Made by a program: the position numbers and the translations under genes
Assembly (NCBI GenBank): GCA_905215775.1
Contig: CAJMRM010000011.1
Location: 49-64,048 of the forward strand
Direction of reading: 5' to 3'
Length of the DNA: 64,000 nt
Origin: an uncultured bacterium
GTDB lineage: Bacteria > Bacillota > Clostridia > Lachnospirales > Lachnospiraceae
Notes under the pieces: generated by a model
What the model was told of the DNA's origin: nothing
The model's database searches: none
The model's input: only the letters and a program-made list of their open reading frames with translations
Part shown: one piece after another, positions 57,102 to 64,000 of the stretch
Layout: the number at the start of each line of letters is the position of its first letter
How positions within the stretch are numbered: position 1 is the stretch's first letter

Positions 57102-58067
57102 TTATAAATGACAGTTTTCAGTCCCGTCGTTTCCGCCGCCCCATCCGGCCCGCACCCGGTCTCCGGCAGAAAAGCGGCTTCCCTCACGGCCGAAACGGTC
57201 TGCCTTGATCACACTGCTTCCATTCTCCAGCTCATAAAGCGTATGGGCTCCCATAAAGCTGACTGACCGGACGGTATAGGCGCCGGACGGATCCTTTTCC
57301 ATCCACACATCCTCCGGCCTTACGATCTGTACCCGGCCGTTTTCCTCCACATAGTTGGCCTTTCCCACAAAGGAAGCCACATACCGGCTCGCAGGAGAAA
57401 AGTAGATCTCCCTGGGGGTCCCGGTCTGGACGGCCACTCCCTTTTCCATGACCACGATCTTATCCGAAAGACTCAATGCCTCCTCCTGGTCGTGGGTCAC
57501 AAAGACCATGGTGATCCCCAGCTTCTTCTGGAGCTCCTTCAGCTCCTCTCTCAGCTGTACCCGGAGCCCTGCATCCAGGTTGGAAAGGGGCTCGTCCAGC
57601 AGGAGGATCTTGGGTCCGGTGGCCATGGCGCGGGCCAGGGCCACTCTCTGCTGCTGGCCGCCGGATAATTCTCCGATCCTGGCTTTTTCATACCCGGAAA
57701 GTCCCACGGTCTTCAGCTCCTCCATGGCAATGGGGACCGCCTCCCTCTTCTTCATCCCCCGGAAAAACCGGAGTCCGTAGCAGACGTTGTCCAGCACGTT
57801 CAGATGGGGAAACAGCGCGTAGCTCTGGAACACCGTGGACACGGGCCGGCGCTCCGGCGGAAGGGCCGTGATGTCCTCCCCTTCCAGGAGGATATGACCG
57901 GAATCCGGCCGGATAAAGCCGCCCAGAAGATTCAGGGTCGTGGTCTTTCCGCAGCCGGAGGGGCCCAGCAGCGTCACAAACGATCCCTCCTCGATCTCCA
58001 GATCCAGGTTTTTTAACCCCTTTTCTTCCTCATATATCTTTTTAAGGCCTTTCAGCTGTAAAAACAT
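57102..58067 (-). CDS. ABC transporter ATP-binding protein (FbpC/PotA/AfuC-like with C-terminal TOBE-like domain)
   Basis: Walker A GPSGCGKTT, signature LSGGQQQR and Walker B LLLDEP. Confidence 0.9.
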   Translation of the reverse strand: MFLQLKGLKKIYEEEKGLKNLDLEIEEGSFVTLLGPSGCGKTTTLNLLGGFIRPDSGHILLEGEDITALPPERRPVSTVFQSYALFPHLNVLDNVCYGLRFFRGMKKREAVPIAMEELKTVGLSGYEKARIGELSGGQQQRVALARAMATGPKILLLDEPLSNLDAGLRVQLREELKELQKKLGITMVFVTHDQEEALSLSDKIVVMEKGVAVQTGTPREIYFSPASRYVASFVGKANYVEENGRVQIVRPEDVWMEKDPSGAYTVRSVSFMGAHTLYELENGSSVIKADRFGREGSRFSAGDRVRAGWGGGNDGTENCHL

Positions 58068-58068
58068 C

Positions 58069-59733
58069 TTATTTCCCTCCCCGTTCTCTTCGTTTTGTCA
58101 GACTCATAAACGCCATATTGATCCCCACCGTGACAAGGATGATCAGGACCGCCTGGACAGAGGCAACGCCGTACCGGCCGTTTTCAATGGACTGGAACAG
58201 CTCCGCGCTGGCCACGTTTTTTCCCGGTGAGATCAGGAAGATAATGGCTCCCACCGACGTCATACAGGACGTAAAAATGGAAATAAAGCCAGTGGCAAAG
58301 GTAGTCTTGAGCAGAGGCAGGATCACACCGAAGAGCACCTCCAGGCGGCTGGCTCCCAGATCCCTGGCCGCGTCCTCGATCTTTCTGTCGATCCCCGAAA
58401 ACATGGCGTTGGCCGACTTATTGGTCAGCGAGATCTGGCGGAACACCAGGTTCAGGATAATGATGGCCGACGTGCCGCGGATGTACATGGGCGGATGGCT
58501 GAAGGCCGCCACATACCCCAGTCCGAAAAAGGTCCCCGGGATGATATAGGGAAGCAGGGCAAAAAATTCTGCCGCCCGCATTCCGGCGATCCTTCTCCGG
58601 TGCGTATAGTAAGACAGAAGGATCCCTAAAAAGGCCGATACGGCGGCCGCCACAGCCGAATATACCAGGCTGTGGCCAAAGGAATTCCACTGGGACCGGG
58701 GAAGCTTCCCGAAATAGTCCAGGGTAAAGGTAAGGGATCCGGAGGCCGTATTGGAAACTGCTGACAAAAAGATATTTCCATATTTCAGCGCCATCACCAG
58801 AAAGAACAGCCCGGTCACCGTCCAGGCGGCTGCGGCAGCTGCCCCTGTGAGCGTGTAGGCCGGCTCCCCGTCCATGGAGTTCCGGTCTGTTCCCCCCGAA
58901 GACTCGTTCTTTTTGAGACTCTGATAGTAAAAGTAAAAGGCTACGGCAGCTGCGGGCACCATCAGGATGCTGATGGCCGAGGCTCTCCCCAGATTGGCCG
59001 TGGAGATCACCTGGGTATAGGCCTCTGTGGCCAGGACCTTAAAATTCCCTCCAATGACGATGGGCGTTCCAAAATCCGCCAGGTTCATGGTAAAAAGCGT
59101 AAACAATACCGAAAGGAGCCCCGGCCGGATCATCGGGAGGATCACAGAAAACAGAGTCTTTTCTGGCGAGGCACCCAGGTCCCTGGATGCCAGGATCAGC
59201 CGCTGGTCCATATGGTCAAAGGACGGGAGCAGCATCAATGCTGCAAAGGAGATGCTGCCGATCATCTGGAGGATCACGATCCCATGCCATCCATAGGGGT
59301 TGACGCTGAGCCCCAGAAGCTGGTGCGTGATCAGTCCCCGTCTTCCAAAAAGGAAGATATACGCCAGCGCCGATACAAACGGCGGAGAGATCATGGTGAA
59401 AAGCAGGGATTTTCTCAGAAACCGCCGGAACCGGCCCGGAGCCGCATAAGCCGTGAGGGCGATGAAAAACGCCGCCGCCGTGGTCAGCACGGAGGACAGC
59501 GAGGATACCCACAGACTGTTCCGGATCAGCTTAAGGCTTTTCTCAGACGCCAGCTCTCTGTAATATTCCAGCGTAAAATGGCCGTCCTTAAAAAAGCTGG
59601 TGGCTACCACCGAAACGATCGGATACAGGATGAACAGGGCGATCCCGGCCAGCACCATGGCAAGGATCAGCAGGTCCCCTGCCCCCGCCCATGGATACCT
59701 GCCGTTCCGTCTTTTTTCTGTACGTGGATTCAT
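58069..59733 (-). CDS. Fused two-domain ABC permease (FbpB/AfuB/ThiP-like)
   Basis: 554 aa with about 12 TM helices and two EAA-loop regions (ASRDLGASPEKTLFSVILP; AARDLGASRLEVLFGVILP). Confidence 0.88.
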   Translation of the reverse strand: MNPRTEKRRNGRYPWAGAGDLLILAMVLAGIALFILYPIVSVVATSFFKDGHFTLEYYRELASEKSLKLIRNSLWVSSLSSVLTTAAAFFIALTAYAAPGRFRRFLRKSLLFTMISPPFVSALAYIFLFGRRGLITHQLLGLSVNPYGWHGIVILQMIGSISFAALMLLPSFDHMDQRLILASRDLGASPEKTLFSVILPMIRPGLLSVLFTLFTMNLADFGTPIVIGGNFKVLATEAYTQVISTANLGRASAISILMVPAAAVAFYFYYQSLKKNESSGGTDRNSMDGEPAYTLTGAAAAAAWTVTGLFFLVMALKYGNIFLSAVSNTASGSLTFTLDYFGKLPRSQWNSFGHSLVYSAVAAAVSAFLGILLSYYTHRRRIAGMRAAEFFALLPYIIPGTFFGLGYVAAFSHPPMYIRGTSAIIILNLVFRQISLTNKSANAMFSGIDRKIEDAARDLGASRLEVLFGVILPLLKTTFATGFISIFTSCMTSVGAIIFLISPGKNVASAELFQSIENGRYGVASVQAVLIILVTVGINMAFMSLTKRRERGGK

Positions 59734-59767
59734 GATATTTCCTTTCCTGTCTGGTTCTCAATGGTGT

Positions 59768-59793
59768 GAAAAGGGCGGGTATCTCACCCGCCC
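59768..59793 (-). terminator. Intra-operon attenuator/terminator hairpin after the binding-protein gene
   Basis: The minus strand reads GGGCGGGT-GAGAT-ACCCGCCC followed by TTTTC. It lies between the SBP and permease genes. Confidence 0.55.
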
Positions 59794-59807
59794 GGTTTTA
59801 TGTCTTA

Positions 59808-60935
59808 TTATTTCGCGTCTTTTTCACCGACCATGGCGGCCCACTTCTCCAGAAGCGCTTCTCTCTGGCTTCCGAATAACAGTACGTCCTGATCGATCAG
59901 CTTTTCTGTGTCCACGTTTCCGATGGCTTCCGGAATGGCCACGTCGCCGCGGGCCATGATCCTGGCGTCTGCCTCACGGAGCGCCTCCTGTCCTTCCTTG
60001 GAAAGGAAGTAATCTACGAACACCTTGGCTGCATCCTTGTTCTGGGAATTCTTAAAGATGGCGATGGGCGCCGGTGTCCACGGGATCATATCCTCCGGAT
60101 AGATGGCAGTAACCGGATACTCGTCCTCCATGGCAAAGGTGCCGCCGGTCATTGCCAGCACTGCGATACCGAACTCGCCGGCTGCGCATTTGGGACCCGG
60201 CTCGCCGCCGCCCTGTGCGTAGAAGTCCACGTTCTCGTTGATGCCCTTCCATACTTCCCAGCCTTTTTCCTCGCCGTAAGCCTGGATGGTTCCGTTTAAG
60301 ATCGCGTACTGGGTTCCGGAGATCGCCGGAGAAGCCATGATGATCTCCCCCTTATATTTGGGATCTGCCAGGTCCTCCCAGGTCTTGGGAGCTTCCAGGT
60401 TCTTCTCTGCCAGAACGTCGTTGTTTACCAGGAAACCAGCCGGAACCAGGGCAAGGCCGGTCCAGTAGCCGTCTGCGTCACTGTATGCCGGATTGATGGC
60501 CTCTGCCTCCGGAGAAACGTACTGCTCCAGATAGCCTAAATCTGTGGCAGAAATATAGCTGTCCACGCCGCCTCCGAACCAGATATCTGCGGTGGTGTTC
60601 CCGTTCTCTGCCTGGAGCTGTGCCAGGGCCTTACCGGTGGAGATCTCCACATACTCGACCTTAATGCCGGTCTTTTCTGTGAATGCGTCAAATGCAGCCT
60701 CAGCACCGCCGTAAGCCAGCATCACGCTTAATGTGGTTCCCTCATAGGGCTTTTCTGCCGCTTCCGTTTCGGCCTTTGTTGTCTCCGCCTCGCTGGATGC
60801 CTCTGTCTCAGCCTTTGTGGTCTCGGCTGCCGTTGTTTCCGCAGCGGTCGTCTCAGCAGGTTTGCTCTGGCATCCGGTCAGGGACGCGCCCAGAACGGCT
60901 GCAGCAAGAGTAGCTGCCATCAGTTTCTTTTTCAT
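59808..60935 (-). CDS. ABC transporter substrate-binding lipoprotein (Fe3+/AfuA/ThiB-type cluster)
   Basis: Lipobox SLTGCQ, a Thr/Glu/Ala linker and the core ADIWFGGGVDSYISATDLGYLEQY. The substrate cannot be determined from sequence alone. Confidence 0.8.
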   Translation of the reverse strand: MKKKLMAATLAAAVLGASLTGCQSKPAETTAAETTAAETTKAETEASSEAETTKAETEAAEKPYEGTTLSVMLAYGGAEAAFDAFTEKTGIKVEYVEISTGKALAQLQAENGNTTADIWFGGGVDSYISATDLGYLEQYVSPEAEAINPAYSDADGYWTGLALVPAGFLVNNDVLAEKNLEAPKTWEDLADPKYKGEIIMASPAISGTQYAILNGTIQAYGEEKGWEVWKGINENVDFYAQGGGEPGPKCAAGEFGIAVLAMTGGTFAMEDEYPVTAIYPEDMIPWTPAPIAIFKNSQNKDAAKVFVDYFLSKEGQEALREADARIMARGDVAIPEAIGNVDTEKLIDQDVLLFGSQREALLEKWAAMVGEKDAK

Positions 60936-60980
60936 AATACAGTCTCCTTTGTGCTTCTTTTTCTATATCAGCGCAGACCC

Positions 60981-61610
60981 CTAAAAGGTATCCACGATCC
61001 GATATCCCTTTCCTTCTTCATAAATGGCCGGCTTTAAGCCCCCTTTATGAAGGGCCGCCACGAATTCCTCCAGATTTTTCGGATTTCCCGGAACCATGGT
61101 GGCATATTTCCCCAGCTGGCTGGTCCAGTGGGCGTCGCTGGCTCCCACGGTCTGCATATCCCGTGCCTTGCAGATGGAAAGCGCCTTCCGGTTGGCCTCC
61201 ATATCCGTACTGCCGTTTAAGACCTCCACTCCGTGCAGCCCCTGGATCTCCCAGAGATGTTCCTCAAAGCCCCGGTTATTGTTGCGGAAGGGGTGGCAGG
61301 CCACACAGAAGCCTCCGGCCGCGTTGACCTGGTCCACAAATTCCTGGGCCGGGATCCGCCGGTCCGGAAAATGGTCGATGCCAAACGCCGTAATGTCTCC
61401 CCAGAGCGAAAAATACTCCACTCCCACAAAGATCGGGAAGCCGGTCTCCCTGGAATACTGCTCCGCCGTTTCCTTCAGTCCCATGCTGTCATGGTCTGTG
61501 ATGCAGACGGCATCCAGCCCCCGCTCCCTTGCGGTGGCAACGATTTCCTCCAGCGTCATCTTACTGTCACTGGAGCATGTGGATTCATGTAAGTGCATAT
61601 CTACCAGCAT
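60981..61610 (-). CDS. PHP-domain metal-dependent phosphoesterase
   Basis: MLVDMHLHESTCSSDS (HxH), ITDHD, GVEY, ACHPF and GASDAH, which together give the classic PHP His/Asp ligand set. Confidence 0.8.
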   Translation of the reverse strand: MLVDMHLHESTCSSDSKMTLEEIVATARERGLDAVCITDHDSMGLKETAEQYSRETGFPIFVGVEYFSLWGDITAFGIDHFPDRRIPAQEFVDQVNAAGGFCVACHPFRNNNRGFEEHLWEIQGLHGVEVLNGSTDMEANRKALSICKARDMQTVGASDAHWTSQLGKYATMVPGNPKNLEEFVAALHKGGLKPAIYEEGKGYRIVDTF

Positions 61611-61711
61611 CTGTATCTCTCCTTCCCTCGGGCCCCCGCTATTTTATCACTCCCGCAGGGTTTCGTCTAATAGAATTAACCGATTTCCCATCCGGTCTGT
61701 ATAGCTTTTCT

Positions 61712-63061
61712 CTATACCTTGGACGGCTTTGCCTTTTTCTTCTTTCTGGCTGTGACCTGCATATCCTCTTTCTTCAGAACCCGGCAGATATTCTCCTTGA
61801 TCCGGTTGGAAAGAAAGGCATACTGGATCATCTCCTCCTCGCTGAAGCCGGCGTATTTTGCCATTTCATAGTCCTTTCTGGCCGTTCCCAACTCCGCCAA
61901 TACCGGCTCCGCCGCCGGAAGAAGGATCACATCCGCCTGGTCCTCTGTCTGGATAAACTCCTTCATGGACAGCTTCTGGAGCGCCAGGGCCAGGCGGGCC
62001 CGGGACATGCCGGTGATATCCGCCAGCTCCTTTAAGGTGTCCACCCGCGGCTTCTGGCTGAGGTAGACCAGGAGGCTGATCTCCGGCAGGGTCAGGCTGT
62101 ACCGGATGGCCACCGGCTCCACGTAATGGTCCAGCAGCTTCCGGTCCCGGTACGCGTCCAGCAGGGCCCCGTCGCCCCTTAGGGCGTCATGGTTCACGCT
62201 GCTCCTTTCATCCCCCAGGCGGACGGCTCCCGGAAAAATAGACAGGGGGACCGCTCCGTCTCCGGCGGCGGCCAGGAGAAACCGGTACACGAACAGGCGG
62301 TTCTTTTCGTAGTCCTCCTCCGTCAGCACCGATTTATAAAAATCGTGGTAATATTCAAAGACCATGCGCTTCATCTTAATGGTCTTTGTAAGACTCAGCC
62401 CCTGGCTCACCAGGGAGCCCCTGGTCTTAACATAATAGTAGACCGGAACCCGCAGGGCGTACACCGTCTTTACATGGCGCAGGTACTCCAGGTTGAACAT
62501 GAAATCCTCGCACCAGCTGATGGTCTTATCCATGGAAAGGCCGTACCGGCTGATGATCTCCCGTTTAAACAGCTTATTCCAGAGAACGCCGTAATAAAAA
62601 TCCGCCGGGTTCTCCATCATAAATCCGGCAAACTCCTCCAGGCTCAGAAGCCCGTCCTTTTCAATGTCGCCCTTATGGGCTACCCGGTCCCCGATGACCC
62701 GGTAGAAGTCCGCGATCACCATGTCGGCCCCGCTGTCCCTGGCAGCCCGTACCATAAGGCTGGTGGCGTCCGGCGTGATCCAGTCGTCGCTGTCCAGAAA
62801 CTGGATCAGCTCGCCGCGGGCTTCCGAAAGCCCCAGGTTCCGCGTATCAGACACCCCGGTATTCTCCTTGTGGATCACCCGGACCCTCCGGTCCCCTTTT
62901 TCGTATTCCCCGCAGACTGCGGCCGAGGAATCGGTGCTGCCGTCATCCACCAGAAGCAGCTCAAAATCCGTAAATCCCTGGTTTAAAACACTCTCGATGC
63001 ACCTGCGGAGAGTCTCCTCCGCATTATAGACCGGCACAATGATGCTTACGGTGGGATTCAT
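61712..63061 (-). CDS. Family 2 glycosyltransferase fused to a C-terminal MarR-like winged-HTH domain
   Basis: The N-terminal part has VSIIVPVYNAEETLRRCIESVLNQ, LLLVDDGSTD and FLDSDD (DxD). The C-terminal part has LTLPEISLLVYLSQKPRVDTLKELADITGMSRARLALALQKLSMKEFI plus a Lys-rich tail. Confidence 0.8.
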   Translation of the reverse strand: MNPTVSIIVPVYNAEETLRRCIESVLNQGFTDFELLLVDDGSTDSSAAVCGEYEKGDRRVRVIHKENTGVSDTRNLGLSEARGELIQFLDSDDWITPDATSLMVRAARDSGADMVIADFYRVIGDRVAHKGDIEKDGLLSLEEFAGFMMENPADFYYGVLWNKLFKREIISRYGLSMDKTISWCEDFMFNLEYLRHVKTVYALRVPVYYYVKTRGSLVSQGLSLTKTIKMKRMVFEYYHDFYKSVLTEEDYEKNRLFVYRFLLAAAGDGAVPLSIFPGAVRLGDERSSVNHDALRGDGALLDAYRDRKLLDHYVEPVAIRYSLTLPEISLLVYLSQKPRVDTLKELADITGMSRARLALALQKLSMKEFIQTEDQADVILLPAAEPVLAELGTARKDYEMAKYAGFSEEEMIQYAFLSNRIKENICRVLKKEDMQVTARKKKKAKPSKV

Positions 63062-63080
63062 AGCGTCCTTGTCTCCTTTT

Positions 63081-63878
63081 CTAATAAACTACAAAATTGT
63101 GGGCCGTGACCACGTCCATCCATGCTTCGGTCTCCAGGCGGTTGGTAAAGGGATCCACTGCCTTCATGCCCGGGAAAAACGACATCTGGTACGCCTTTTT
63201 CCAATCCTTATAGGTCACCTCATATACAAATTTTTCCGGAAGACTTACCCGGCACCGGCTGATCCTTCCCAGCGCCTCCCTGGTCTGCGTCTTAAGGGCC
63301 TCCATGACCGTTTCCGGCGAGCAGCAGAAGGTGGCGTTCCCGATCCCCCGCTTGGTCTGCACCGCAGCGATCTCCGGCACCAGCTCCTTTGCCGCCGTAC
63401 AGATGGCCTCATCTCCGGAAATAAACGCCACAGGAACCCCCAGGGAGGCGGCTGTGAAGCTGTTGAGCATAAATTCGCTCATCCGTTTTCCGTTGAGGGT
63501 GATATACAGGCTGTTCCCGGTGGAGGTATGGCTGACGGCAAACTCCGGACAGCCGGCCGGCGCATGATAGCCGACATATAAAACCGCGTCAAAGGTGGGA
63601 TCCAGGCCAAACATCATATTATAGGGATGTCCGCTCTTTCCCCGGATCAGCGTCACATAGGACGGCATCTGGAGGGGATCGATATTGGAGGCGTCTCCGT
63701 GGCCGTCCTTTACAACGATCTCATCGGCCCCGGCCTCATGGGCCGCCTCGCAGACCGCCAGCACCTCCTTTGTCATCTGTTTTGCAAAGGGGGCGTACAC
63801 CGCCTCATTTTTATGGGTCTCAATATTTGAGAACACTCCGCAGCACCCCTCGATATCTGCACTGATAAATATTTTCAT
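63081..63878 (-). CDS. M55-family D-aminopeptidase (DppA-like)
   Basis: MKIFISADIEGCCGV and VVKDGHGD. Start moved to ATG 63878 (GAGGAGG 7 nt upstream). Confidence 0.85.
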   Translation of the reverse strand: MKIFISADIEGCCGVFSNIETHKNEAVYAPFAKQMTKEVLAVCEAAHEAGADEIVVKDGHGDASNIDPLQMPSYVTLIRGKSGHPYNMMFGLDPTFDAVLYVGYHAPAGCPEFAVSHTSTGNSLYITLNGKRMSEFMLNSFTAASLGVPVAFISGDEAICTAAKELVPEIAAVQTKRGIGNATFCCSPETVMEALKTQTREALGRISRCRVSLPEKFVYEVTYKDWKKAYQMSFFPGMKAVDPFTNRLETEAWMDVVTAHNFVVY

Positions 63879-63920
63879 ACAACAACCTCCTCGTTTCACA
63901 GGATCATTTTATTTTCCGTT

Positions 63921-63949
63921 ATCATATCACAGATCCCGCACCGGGTCAA
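63921..63949 (-). promoter_or_regulatory. Candidate sigma-A promoter of the M55/GT2-MarR unit
   Basis: The minus strand reads TTGACC (63944..63949), N17 ending in TGa, TATGAT (63921..63926). Confidence 0.4.
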
Positions 63950-63974
63950 TTTATGTACCGGCCCCGGACGGCTC

Positions 63975-63992
63975 TGACATATTTTTATGTCA
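63975..63992. promoter_or_regulatory. Perfect 7-4-7 palindrome upstream of the M55 promoter (possible operator)
   Basis: TGACATA-TTTT-TATGTCA, located about 26 nt upstream of the candidate -35. It sits at the window edge, so the context is incomplete. Confidence 0.3.
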
Positions 63993-64000
63993 TAGGACGC

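Noticed and set aside
60753-60854. Repetitive ETTAAETTAAETTKAETEASSEAETTKAETEAAE segment in the binding-protein gene.
   Set aside because: This is a typical low-complexity tether following the lipobox Cys of Gram-positive SBP lipoproteins. It is not a DNA repeat element. Similar linkers occur in the DUF3048 and DUF4349 lipoproteins.
61611-61711. 101-nt gap between the GT2-MarR and PHP genes, examined for a riboswitch or terminator.
   Set aside because: It has no stable stem followed by a U-tract and no recognisable riboswitch motif. It may contain an internal promoter, but I cannot support one.
1-64000. Search for mobile elements, CRISPR arrays, prophage or defence genes, and tRNA or rRNA genes.
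   Set aside because: I found no transposase, integrase or recombinase motifs, no regularly spaced repeats, and no tRNA-like cloverleaf or rRNA sequence in any intergenic gap. All larger gaps are accounted for by promoters, leaders or terminators.

Overview
GC-rich chromosomal segment whose gene content points to a spore-forming Firmicute of the Clostridia type (spoIVA, yqfC/yqfD, a spoVB-like flippase, grdX). I support about 60 protein-coding genes. All but three (an NtrC-family regulator, a DUF4349 lipoprotein and a prs-like gene) lie on the minus strand. They are tightly packed, with many overlapping stop/start codons, which suggests long leading-strand operons. Reading from high to low coordinates, the minus strand carries: an M55 peptidase, a GT2-MarR fusion, a PHP phosphoesterase and an Fbp/Afu-type ABC importer; DUF512-der-plsY-gpsA; spoIVA; a beta-CASP RNase; rnhA; alaS; rpsU; yqfC-yqfD-phoH-ybeY; a spoVB-like gene; two flavoproteins; proB...proA; miaB-mutS-mutL-miaA; radC-mreC-mreD-PBP2-minCDE-rodA-mgsA-dacB; yggS-sepF-ylmH; aroB-lspA-rluD; and T-box-controlled thrS. 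The left edge carries grdX and the first codons of a grdE-like reductase gene. I found no rRNA, tRNA, CRISPR array, transposase, integrase or phage gene. I cannot point to a clear multi-gene novel system such as a defence island, because most of the window is conserved housekeeping. The observations most worth a second look are these: (1) a sensor-less NtrC-type AAA+ regulator with degenerate GAFTGA and Walker B motifs, divergent from grdX, with repeated motifs in the shared intergenic region; (2) a glycosyltransferase-MarR fusion inside an M55/PHP/ABC-importer cluster; (3) an insulated single-gene unit encoding a 139-aa mini P-loop protein; (4) a hairpin that both terminates gpsA and occludes the spoIVA RBS; (5) a 39-codon hydrophobic ORF in place of a T-box upstream of alaS. 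All product calls rest on motif recognition by eye; no database search was run.
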